Below, piece after piece: positions 53,640 to 64,000 of a stretch of 64,000 nt of DNA (positions within the stretch are counted from its first letter, which is position 1; each line of letters starts with the position of its first letter). Under the pieces are notes generated by a model that saw only the letters and a list, made by a program, of their open reading frames with translations, did not search any database and was not told the origin of the DNA. The DNA comes from Heptranchias perlo (lineage: Eukaryota). The position numbers and the translations under genes were made by a program. The stretch is from contig NC_090327.1 of the NCBI RefSeq assembly GCF_035084215.1, positions 113,026,001 to 113,090,000 of the forward strand, given 5' to 3'.

Positions 53640-54304
53640 GTAAGCAGCATTGATATTTTGTGTAAAACGGATTAATCCTGATCCAAGAAGGTACTTCAAC
53701 TGCTAATAAATTCAATTACAGATTGGGAAACAAGTTATAAACATTGTGACATTGTACAGGTACACAGCTAATGCAGTGCGTCTGTTTTACAGTGTAAGTG
53801 ACTTTCAACATCATTGTGACAGTTTATATTCTCCCTTCCCTATTTCAGCTCATTATCGTTATTCAGTAAGCTATAAATACAGCACTGCGACTCCATTCTG
53901 GGAAGCACAGACACATTGCCCACGTCCGCAAGTCAGCTATTGTAGTAAAGATGTACAGACCCCCGAGCGGAGAACTGCTGCATGATTCACAGAACATGAC
54001 GGCAATATGTTACACCTAAGTTAATTTGTCTTAAAACTCGCAATGAAGGGAGATTGTCTTATAGTTGCTGCAGCCAGTGAGGCATTAGGTCGAGATATGC
54101 TATCACTTTTTTACTTGCAATGTAGAAGTTTTTCTTCAAGATTTGAAAGGGATCAGACGGATTTTCCTCTTTTAAAAAAAAATGTATCGGCTGGAGCTTC
54201 AGCACAGTGAACCATGAGGTCATTATTAATACATCGATAGTCCAGGTAGTGTAGCTTGTAATGAGGGGATGTATTAGAGGTTCAAAAGATAGAGTCAGAA
54301 ATTG

Positions 54305-54625
54305 ATTTCTGAGTCAGAAAGTTATGGGTTAAAGCCCCACTCCTGAACTTGAGCACAAAGTCTAGACTGACACGCCAGTGCAGTACTGAAGGAACGCTGA
54401 ATTGTTGGAGGTACTGTCTTTCAGATCAGACATTAAACTGAGGCGCTGCCTGCCTGTTCAAGTGGGCTTAAAAAAACTATTCGAAGAAGAGCAGAGAGTT
54501 CTCCTCGTGCCCTAGTCAACATTTATTCCTCAGCGAACACTACCAAAGTCAATTAACTGGTCATTTATCTCATATGCCATTTTTGGGTCTTTGCAGTACG
54601 CAAATTGGTTACCACATTTGTCGAC
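54305..54625 (+). mobile_element. DeuSINE (SacSINE1/AmnSINE1-like Deu domain)
   Basis: ttgttggaggtactgtctttcagat..gacattaaactgagg...ctattcgaagaagagcag...gttctcc...atttattcctca...ctggtcatt matches the recalled Deu-domain consensus. Confidence 0.75.
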
Positions 54626-54842
54626 AAAACAATGGTCACTGTTAAAATAGCAAGTCCAAACATTGGCTTTAACACAATTTGGTGCCCTGCCATCTCTGAA
54701 AAGATATGTAAGCTGAGAAAGGAAGAAAGTATTAAAAAAATAACAAAATAGGGTACATTTTATGGAGCCCAGAGAGAGCAGTTCCCCAAGGCCTTGCAAA
54801 ATTTACCCGGTAGTTTAATGGTTGAAGTTGAGCTTGAGATTT

Positions 54843-55358
54843 GGAGTGGAATTTTATCCCATGCCCAGTGGAAACCGGGGTTGGGGGAGGAGGGGAGTCA
54901 AAATAAGGACAGTGACTCCCTGCCGCCGATTAGATTATAGCCTACTGTTTCCAACAGGCACGCAGGACACCTGCCAGAGTGGGGGTCCTGTGTTAAATAT
55001 GCAAATTGGGCCTTGATGACATCATAGGGTACCAACTGCAATTTTAGCCTGAAGCCCGAGTGGGGGGTGGGGGGGGGGGTGCAGTTCTACCTTCCTGCCA
55101 GGCCAAACCTGCCGGGAGCTGCATTGAGGGCCAGAAGAGGCCCAGCCATGTAAGTTGTTTCAAATGTTTTTAGGTTTCCTTATGGGCCAGGAGGAACAGG
55201 TAGTAGATGTGGCTAGGTTCAGGAGGGAGTCCAAAGCTCCATTTAAATGAGGCCCAGGAGTTAAAATGTCCCAATCCTCACGCTGCATAGGGCCGACAGA
55301 ATTGTCATTTGCCCCGGGCTCCGTACTGACGGATTCTGCCGTGCGATAAAATCATCCC
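54843..55358. mobile_element. MITE (relatives at ~10290-10640 and 59727-59930)
   Basis: Ends ggaattttatc and gataaaatcatcccc; shared tgatgacatcat core. Confidence 0.55.
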
Positions 55359-55594
55359 TTTCAAGTCCGAAACTTTTGATTGATCTTTGACCTATTGGCC
55401 TTGAGCATCAACAAGGTGGGAATGGCATGAGGTGGAGAGAGACAAAGAGGTTACAAGAAAAAAAAACAAAGTTGGATGGATAGTCAGCGATATGTTTCTC
55501 TTTTTCAATTTATATAGTAAAACAATTTCTCTTGTCAGCTTTAGAACGCATAGATCACACATGAGACTTGTTCTGTGGAACTGATATGCAGGGA

Positions 55595-56601
55595 GAGAAG
55601 TATTTAATGGGGTCCCCCAGGGTATTAGGACTATTGTTTTTCTTGTTATATATAAATGACCTGGACTTGGGTATAGGGAATACAATTTCGAAGTTTGCGG
55701 ATGATACAAAACTTGGCAATGTAGTAAATAGTGAGGAGGATAGTAGCAGACTTCAGGAGGACTTAGACAGACTGGTGAAATGGGCAGACAGATGGCAGAT
55801 GCAATTTAATGCAGATAAGTGTGAAGTCATGCGCTTTGGGAGGAACAACACGGAGAGGCAGTATAATTGGTTAAGAAAGCATATGGGATACTTGGCTTTG
55901 TAAATAGGGGCATTGAATACAAAAACAGGGAAGTCATACTAAAACTTTACAAATCACTTGTTAGGCCTCAGCTGGAGAATTGCGTACAATTCTGGGCACC
56001 ACATTTTAGGAAGAATGTCAAGGCCTAGGAGAGGGTACAGAGGAGGTTTACCAGGGTGATACCAGAGATGAGGGACTTCAGTTATGTAGAGAGATTGGAG
56101 AAGCTGGAAAAAAAACAGAAAATGCTGGAAATACGCAGCAAATCAGGCAGCACCTGTGGAGAAAGAAAGAGTTAACGTTTCAGGTCGATGACCCTTTGTC
56201 AGAACTGAGATTGTTCTCCTTAGAGAAGGTTAAGGGGAGACCTAATAGAGGTATTCCAAATTCTGAGGGGTTTTGATAGAGCAAATAGGGAGAAACTATT
56301 TCCTCTGGCAAGTGGGTCAGTAACCAGAGGTCATAGATTTAAAATAATTGGCAAAAGAACTAGAGGGGAAATGAGAAGAAATTTCTTCACACAGAGGATT
56401 GTTAAGATTTGGAACGCACCACCTGAAAGGGTGGTGGTATCAGATTCCAAAAGAATTTTCAAACTGCAATTGGACATGTATTTGAAGAGGACTAATTTGC
56501 AGGGTTATGGGGAAAAAGCTGGGGTCTGGGACTAAATTGGTCTCCCCTGTCAAAGAGCTGGCACAGGCATGACTGGTCAAATGGCCTCCTTATGTGCTGT
56601 A
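55595..56601 (+). mobile_element. CR1 LINE 3' part
   Basis: G.LLFLLYINDLD...KFADDTKLG...WQMQFNADKCEVM, continuing to a 3' UTR. Confidence 0.93.
56108..56207 (-). mobile_element. Penelope family-B terminal fragment with hammerhead motif, nested in CR1
   Basis: Minus strand agtt-CTGACAA-a-gggtc atc gacct-GAAAC-gtt-aact (one core mismatch). Interrupts CR1 gagaagctgg/gattgttctcc. Confidence 0.8.
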
Positions 56602-58443
56602 TTCATACCACTTTTTTTGCCAGTATTTTGGTGCAAGTAGCACAGATGGAGAGAGAAATAAGTTTGTGTTCTAACACATAATAATGTCAGGCTAAAATCT
56701 TATTTGCCAATTAACCCACGCTAACTTTGCAAATAAACTGATGATATAAACTATGAAAGGCTTAACAGAGCAAAATGAGATACAAAGACCTGGATTTTCA
56801 GCCTATGTTTAATCACAGGCACTACTTCAGTCATTGGACTGTGATGTGCAATATCAGTAACAAATCCACTAATGAGCTTGCCTGAGATTCCTTTGTCTTC
56901 TACTTTAATGAAAGCATTAACAGCAACCAGAGGAATTTCATATCAACACGTTAACCTGATTGTTACTAATATTACACATTACAATATCTATGTGTTTTTT
57001 TGTACTTCTCCTATGATGCATCTTTTGTCAACTCCGTACAAAAGAATGTCATTGCCCTCTGGAGTGCCTATGAATGGGGCCTGTGTGGAAATGCCAGCAG
57101 GATGCTGGTAATTTGTGGAGAGTGTGCGTCACTAGGATCTTGTGATTCTTGAACTACTGTTCATTTCAAACATTGTTAATTAGAATTCGTCTAAAAAGCA
57201 AACGAGAGAAGCGCCCACACTGTGCTTTTAGGATATAAATACTGATGTGTTTACTGGGAGTCTAGAACAAGGCGGCACTAAAATACTGTGCTCCTGTCTA
57301 AGTGTCTGTAATTTTGACTCATATGCATCATGGCACAATAGGAAGGGGGAAGCTACCATAGGTTAATGTGTATGTCATTGATCTGGCATTGTTCATGCTC
57401 ATGGTCCAAATTTCAGAAGATGCCTTAAAATGACAGTGGAGAGACAGATATTCTCTCTGTGGGTTATTTTTAACAAATTGGTTAACACATTTGAGTGAAA
57501 TTCCTGTTTGCTATTTTAACAAAGTTTTCTTATTTTAAATGAGTTCACGACTCATGTACAACATAGAGGAATTTCTACCCCTTTGTAAGTGTACAGTGCA
57601 GTGGCATGATTGGTGGTGGCTGCAATGATAGAAAAGGAAAAAGGAAGGGAGAGAGGCCTCACCATCAGCATGTGTGGTAGTGAAGGCAGAATGGGACAGA
57701 TTGGGTGGGTTTATTTTGGAGGGAAGGGCTATTTATTTTGTATATTCCTCCCATTCCCTTTTCTGAGTTGTCTCTGTGCCATTCACAATTTTTTGACCGA
57801 GGATAACAAGTAACCTGCCTCCAACCTTTTCCACTGCTTCTCATTAACTGGCTACTGAGTGTGAGTGTTATCTGGGGCGATTTGCCATTTGACTTGTTCA
57901 CTTTCCTGGCAAAGAAACCTTTCTCCTGCATTCAATACCTTTCCCTGACAGCACAGCTGAAGTGGGAGGATTGTGGCTTTCTTCCCATGTTCTACAAGTC
58001 AGGAGCAGTGGGTTTAAATGACGCACTCACCCTGGGTGCCTGTTTTTGAATGTGTAGCACAAGGAAAGAAACTAACGAGATCACAGAAGAAGGGAGAGCG
58101 AGAAGAAGCGAACAAAGCAAATGGCTAACACTTCGCTGACTACTTTTTCATTTGCTCTAGTATTATAGCAAGTGCATTGTTAATGCTGCTGGTTGGCCAT
58201 AATTAGATAGAGACAACTCTTAAGATAATCAACGACCAGAAAATGGGGATCACTGCAAATAGGACACATTGACCTCTAAGCCGATTCTTCAGACTGCGCT
58301 CCTGTCAAGCAAGACCCTGCACCAAGAGCAGAGCCTTGCCAGCTTGGGTCAATACTGAAAGTGGAACTGTTTAAGATATGAACTGCCTTTTACAATCTTA
58401 GAGTGTACACTGAGGCAATGTATTTGATCTTTTTTACCTTTAG

Positions 58444-58545
58444 GTGACATCCAAATCGGCATGATGGACAAAAAGGGGCAATTAGAAGTAGAAGTCATCA
58501 GAGCCCGAGGCCTGGTGGGAAAACCTGGCTCCAAAGCTTTACCTG
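58444..58545 (+). CDS. RIMS2: RIMS2 exon, start of C2B domain: (G)DIQIGMMDKKGQLEVEVIRARGLVGKPGSKALP(A)
   Basis: Acceptor ctttag, donor g|gtaac, 102 nt. GMMDKKG and RARGLV are RIM2-type residues. Confidence 0.96.
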
Positions 58546-59941
58546 GTAACCAAGCCTATTTCTTATTTTTTGTGCACAAAGACATGAGGCAATCATGAAT
58601 AAAGTCATAATTTGACAGGACTTTTGAAGAGACAATTTCTTTACTTCTTCTTTCCAAGCACAACCTGCTGGAAACAATTTCTTTATGGTAGATCCATGGA
58701 GTTTTCATTCCTTCACATAAAGATAATTTTTCCTTAAATGTGAAGAAATATGCTATTTTACTGCAAGAATATTACATCTAGGTGACTTAATATTTTTACT
58801 CAAATTTAATATTATTTAGTTTCACTTGTGTGATGGGTTCTATTAAGCCATATGAGTAACACTAGCTATACTGTCTCACAGCCTAGCAGTGATAACTTTC
58901 TTTCTAGTTTTACATTTTAAACAGTGGGTTAAAAATAGCAGTGGCATTGTGGATCAGAATGCTAAACCACAGGCTTACACCTACAAATTCCCACATGGCT
59001 AGTTTCCCATTCTCAACTAGGCTTAGAAAAGGACAGGTGCTTTCTCATAGTGAGGGGTGGGGTTTGGTGGGGGGGGGGGGTGGTGCTGAAGTAAAATCCA
59101 GATGACCAGGAACCTGTTCAGTCCTCATACACCTCCCGGTGATATAGATAAAGGTCCAGGAGTAGGTTCCCAGCTGATTCAGTCAGCTGGGGAAGATGCA
59201 TGCCACCCTAGGACTTCATTAAAAAAGTAATTTGAAAGATGTTCGCCTCTTTTTTCATGACACTATCGCATTTTCGCAATGCAAATAATTATATAGTGGA
59301 TTTCCCTGTTCCTGCGTCTGGGTTATTGGATTGCTTGGTGCAGCCAACAAAGGAATATTGGGTGGAGAGGATCGCACGCCCAAAAAGGAACCCGCTCAAT
59401 TTTCTATCCATTTAAATTAATGAATGTACAAACAGGCGGCCTCCGTTATTTTCCTGTATTTGTTCTGGGCAATCCAATAGCCCCAGGTGTGAGAACAGGA
59501 GAATCTGCCCCTCATCTCCTGTGTTTTTAAATGGAGGGAATAACATTTCCAGCAACTTTACAGGTATGATGATGCCTCTTTAATGAACAGAATCATACGA
59601 ATACCGAGATAAAGAAGAGAATGTGTTCAATCACTTTTCAGAACAAACAATAATAGTTCAGTCATGCTTACCGTCTCTTGGATTTCTCTGGTCTTTCTCA
59701 TTTTTGAAGTTAAAAACAAAATCAATGGGGTTGATTTTAACTCCCTCTACCTGGCGGAAACTGGGCAGGGGACAGTTAAAACGGAGTAGGGGACTTACTC
59801 ACTCTGTTCCCACCCTGGTCTGGCCGACTATCATTATAAAATTGCAGGCAGCAAGGACACCTGCCTGGAGCTGGCTGGGTCCTTCTTTAAGTATCCAGAT
59901 CTGGCTCTGATTAAATCATTGCGAGGAAAGCTTCCATCAAT

Positions 59942-60180
59942 CATAAGATTTTCTGTACATTGTACACCATTTTATACCGAGAAATGGATCCAAACCACAG
60001 ATGCATGTTATAATTTTTTTAATGAAAACACAATTCACGGGGGAGATCAGAACTAAGGATCATAAATATAAGATCCAATAGGGAATTTAGGAGAAACTTC
60101 TTTACCCAGCAAGTGGTTAGAATGTGGTACTCACTATCACAAGGAGTAGTTGAGGCAACTAGCATAGATGCAATTAAGAG
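59942..60180 (+). repeat. Local direct duplication of 61253-61484
   Basis: About 95 bp of flank plus the start of a CR1 fragment are present twice. Confidence 0.9.
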
Positions 60181-60769
60181 ATGGAAGCTGGAACTAACAA
60201 AGTTTAAAATCTAGGTGCCAGTTCAGCAGCATTCCCCCGTAGTTCCATCTGCCCAGTACTCAGAAATACAAAAAAAGTGTCCTTCATTAAAATACTGGTA
60301 GTCCAGTCTTACTGAGAGCAGGGGCTAGCAGTACTGGTCCTGCCAGGAAGTAGCATCGCTGGTGCTTTGAGCAGGAGATTCAAACTGGGACTCGCACGTG
60401 GCTGAACTTGTGATGCCACATCCACAGCTGCACATCATGTGTAATTCATTCACATTCAGATCCCATCGTACTGACTCAAATGTCCAAAGTCATTCTGACA
60501 GCAATGTTCACATGTCAAGAACAATCGTATTTCTTTCAGGAAAACTGCAGCAGTGTCATTTTTTTTGTGTCTTTATTTCTTAGCACATCGCTGCCAATTT
60601 ATTTATTTAAAAAAAATCTTTACACAAGTGACTTTAATGGAACAAATACATGGCAAACTAACTGTCACTGGAGTGAAATTAAAGCCTGCCATGGAGATGT
60701 GCATCATGTAATCATGTAACACTGATACTGCGATATACATTGGGTTTAAGAGAGTAACATTTTTGCCCC

Positions 60770-61250
60770 AGTGCTCAGTCCCTACTGAGCCATATTAGCC
60801 AGGAAGTCTCAGGTTTGATCTTTGGTCTGTGTGGAATTAGCTTATCTCTGCTGAAGTAGGGGTATGAATACCACAGTGAGCCTCAAGTGCCTCTGAGCTA
60901 GGCAGGGATAAAATCAGCTAGCGCTCGCACTCTTATGGGTTAAATTACCACGGGGGTTCTCTTGCTTGTCCACCATAACTTTGGCAGAAGATCTGCGGAG
61001 ATCCTGGGAACAATCGGGAGAAGCCCTGCAGAAATTCAAACCTCTAATCTCTATCCACTGACTTTTGCTGTCAGGTGAGGAGAGGATCAGGCGTGGCTAG
61101 AATGCTCCCCATCACAATCAAATAGCCTGTCAACCCTCACCATCCTCACATAAAGAATAGCCATTTATGGAGGAATGGAGGTTGCCTGGGGCCAAATAGA
61201 ACTGTATCCCAACATAAGTCAGGATCTTCAGTGGGGAGGGGAAATTTCTA
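60770..61250 (+). mobile_element. AmnSINE2-like SINE with a short MITE inserted at ~60938-61045
   Basis: ctgagcc...ccaggaag..tcaggtttgatc.ttggtctgtg...ttagct.atctc...aaaatcagc...gtgagga.aggatcagg...aatagcctg. Confidence 0.6.
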
Positions 61251-61341
61251 AACATAAGATTTTCTGTACACATTTTATACCGAGAAATGGATCCAAACCA
61301 CAGATGCATGTTATAATTTTTTTTAATGAAAACACAATTCA

Positions 61342-61625
61342 CAGGGGAGATCAGAACTGGGGGTCATAAATATAAGATCCAATAGGGAATTCAAGAGAAA
61401 CATCTTTACTCAGCGAGTGGTTAGAATGTGGTACTCACTACCACAAGGAGTAGTTGAGGTGACTAGCATAGATGCAATTAAGAGGAAGGTGGATAAATAC
61501 ATGAGGGATAAAGGAATAATAGGATATGTTGATGGGGTTAGATGAAGAAGAGTGGGAGGAGGCTCATGTGGAGCATAAACAGCGGGATGGACCTGTTGGG
61601 CCGAATGGCCTATTTCTGTGCTGCA
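61342..61625 (+). mobile_element. CR1 3' end
   Basis: FTQRVVRMWYSLP remnant plus 3' UTR. Confidence 0.85.
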
Positions 61626-62018
61626 CACTCTGTTATTCTTCGTAATTCAAAGTGATTTTTAGATAAAATGTGGCATCAATTTATACTGGAGTGGTTCCAA
61701 TACCCAAGTGCACATTATATGAAAGTTACATCATTTTTTTTAACAGATGTACATGAAAGGAGTGCAGTATGCAGTACAAAAAATTGTATCAAATTATTTA
61801 GAATATTGTCGATAAGAATATGTGCCAAGTCACATGACATTACTAAATCACTCCAACTTGGATTTTGCTATTTATAGTATCGTCTGAACGAACTCATGTT
61901 AGCTGCAGCCTATCTGTTATCCTATGATAATGTACTACTGTGTAACTGTAGTATTCAGCACAATGTTACTTAGTTCACACCATATAGTAAAATTGTAATT
62001 CTCTTGTTTCTTCCTTAG

Positions 62019-62158
62019 CACCATATGTTAAAGTTTATCTATTGGAAAATGGCATCTGCATAGCCAAAAAGAAAACAAAAGTGGCACGAAAAACACTGGA
62101 CCCTCTGTACCAGCAACAGCTGCCATTTCAAGATAGCCCCCAGGGAAAGGTTCTCCAG
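62019..62158 (+). CDS. RIMS2: RIMS2 exon, C2B core: (A)PYVKVYLLENGICIAKKKTKVARKTLDPLYQQQLPFQDSPQGKVLQ
   Basis: Acceptor ttccttag, donor cag|gtaac, 140 nt. Contains the polybasic KKKTKVARK stretch of RIM C2B. Confidence 0.96.
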
Positions 62159-62499
62159 GTAACCACTTTTTATCCAATTGCTTTGTTTTGTTTTAAAGAC
62201 ACGTTGAAGTAAACTTTCAACCAATGTATCGAGGTGAGGCCCCGTTAGAGTTGTGACCACTGTCATTAGACTAGGGCTCCAGAATTCCTCAGGGGGTTCT
62301 GCCGGTCTCCTGCCATAACTCCAACGTGAGACCAGCAGAACCCTAAGGAAAACAGCAGAAAGCCAGTTGTGCCAGGTTTCTGCTGTTTCTAGGAATTGTC
62401 ACAATGCTTTGTAAGGGAAAAAATGTTCATTCCCAAATAAATTGCAGCCAGGCGCAGAGCCAAGGGTGGGGACTTCCTCTGTTAGGAGTTCCCACTCGA

Positions 62500-63646
62500 A
62501 TCATAGAACCTTACAGTACAGAGGAGGCCTTTTGGCCTGTCATGCCTGTGCCAGCTCTTTGAAAGAGCTGTCCAATTTAATCCCACAACCCAGCTGTTTC
62601 CCCATAACGTTGCAAATTAGTCCTCTTCAGGTACATGTCCAATTGTCTTTTGAAAGTTCCTATGGAATCTGATTCCACCACCCTTTCAGGAAGTGTGTTC
62701 CAATCTTTAAAATCCTCTGTGTGAAGAAATTTCTCCTCATTTCCCCTCTAGTTCTTTTGCCAAGTATTTTAAATCTATGACCTCTGGTTACTGACCCACT
62801 TGCCAGAGGAACAGTTTCTCCCTATTTGCTCTATCAAAACCCCTCAGAATTTGGAATACCTCTATTAGGTCTCCCCTTAACCTTCTCTGCTTTAAGGAGA
62901 ACAACCCCCAGCTTCTCCAATCTCTCCACATGACTGAAGTCCCTTATCCCTGGTATCATCCTGGTAAACCTCCTCTGTACCCTCTCCAAGGTCTTGACAT
63001 CCTTCCTAAAGTGCGGTGCCCAGTATTGTACAGAATACTCCAGCTGAGGCCTAACCAATAATTTGTAAAGTTTTGTAAAGGTTTAGCATGACTTCCTTGT
63101 TTTTGTATTCAATGCCCCTATTTACAAAGCCAAGTACCCCATACGCTTTCTTAACCGCCTTATCAACTTGTGCTGCCACTTCCAAAGATTTGTGAATATG
63201 CATCCCCCGGTCCCTCTGCTCTCGCACCCCCCTCAAAATAGGACCATTTAGATTATACTGCCTCTCCATGTTGTTCTTCCCAAAGTGCATTACTTCACAC
63301 TTATCCGTGTTAAATTGCATCTGCCATCTGTCTGCCCATTTCACCTATCTATCTATGTCCTCCTGAAGTTTGCTACTATCCTCACTATTTACTACTTCGA
63401 AATTGTACTCCCTATACCCAAATCCATGTCAATTATATATAGCAAGAAAAGCAATGGTCCTAATACCGATCCCTGGAGGACCCCACTGCATACTTCTCTC
63501 CAGTCAGAAAAAGATCTGTTCACCACTACTCTCTGCCTCCTATCCCTTAGCCAATTAGGTACCCAAGTTACCACTGTCCCTTTAATACCATGTGCTTCTA
63601 TTTTCCAAATAAGTCTGCTATGTGGTACTTTGTCAAACGCCTTTTG
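62500..63646 (-). mobile_element. CR1 LINE 3' part
   Basis: KAFDKVPH...SGVLQGSVLGPLLF...WQMQFN...LVRPQLEYSVQYWAPH. Confidence 0.93.
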
Positions 63647-64000
63647 AACTACATGGGCTCCAATGGAACCTGGCATAGTCCTGGCGACCAGTAATCCAAG
63701 CGAGTGGAGGCTTGCCTCCAAGGGTATCTGACGGCCCCACCCAAAGAGTTTTAATTCTGCAAATCGACTCCCTTATGCAGGAGGCTGATTGCCTGGAATG
63801 GTGGTGGGGGGGTGGGGGGGTGGGGAGGGGGGTTCCTGGGAAACTTGCGCTTACATGACCTAGCTAATGTGATGCTCTCCTGCCGACCTTGTAAACTAGA
63901 GCAGATTCAGCTTTGTAGGGCACTGTCAAACGTGATCCCAACATAACTGCTGGGATCATGACCCAAGGAGCTTCGGGGCCATGATTACATCCCATTTGTA

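Noticed and set aside
40851-62158. Assignment to RIMS1, RIMS3 or RIMS4
   Set aside because: AGGKKLRST, GLAVEMRN, LASDSQ, GMMDKKG and KTKVARKT fit recalled RIMS2 best.
63800-63840. G-run clusters (potential G-quadruplexes; also 33720, 55060, 59060)
   Set aside because: They lie mostly within MITE-like repeats and homopolymers, with no evidence of a specific function.

Overview
Eukaryotic, repeat-rich DNA, most likely from a cartilaginous fish (inferred from the repeat families; species cannot be determined). The window lies inside RIMS2 on the + strand. It contains the RIM2-gamma-type internal first exon (40851-40989) and four downstream exons (52029-52170, 53527-53639, 58444-58545, 62019-62158). 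These splice in frame through canonical GT-AG sites and encode the linker and most of the C2B domain. The last exon and the upstream alpha/beta exons are not in the window. The rest is intronic and filled with mobile DNA: two Penelope-like retroelement families with minimal hammerhead-ribozyme motifs, a decayed two-gene PIF/Harbinger transposon with many TIR-bounded derivatives, CR1 and L2 LINE ends, and ancient SINEs. The most unusual structure is a graded series of Penelope fold-back insertions (inverted arms of 7, 21, ~27, 83 and 724 bp; four have target-site duplications). In those four only one arm carries the 3' tail, and the short insertions break at the hammerhead. Boundaries of decayed repeats are approximate. 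Family names come from recall, not a database search.
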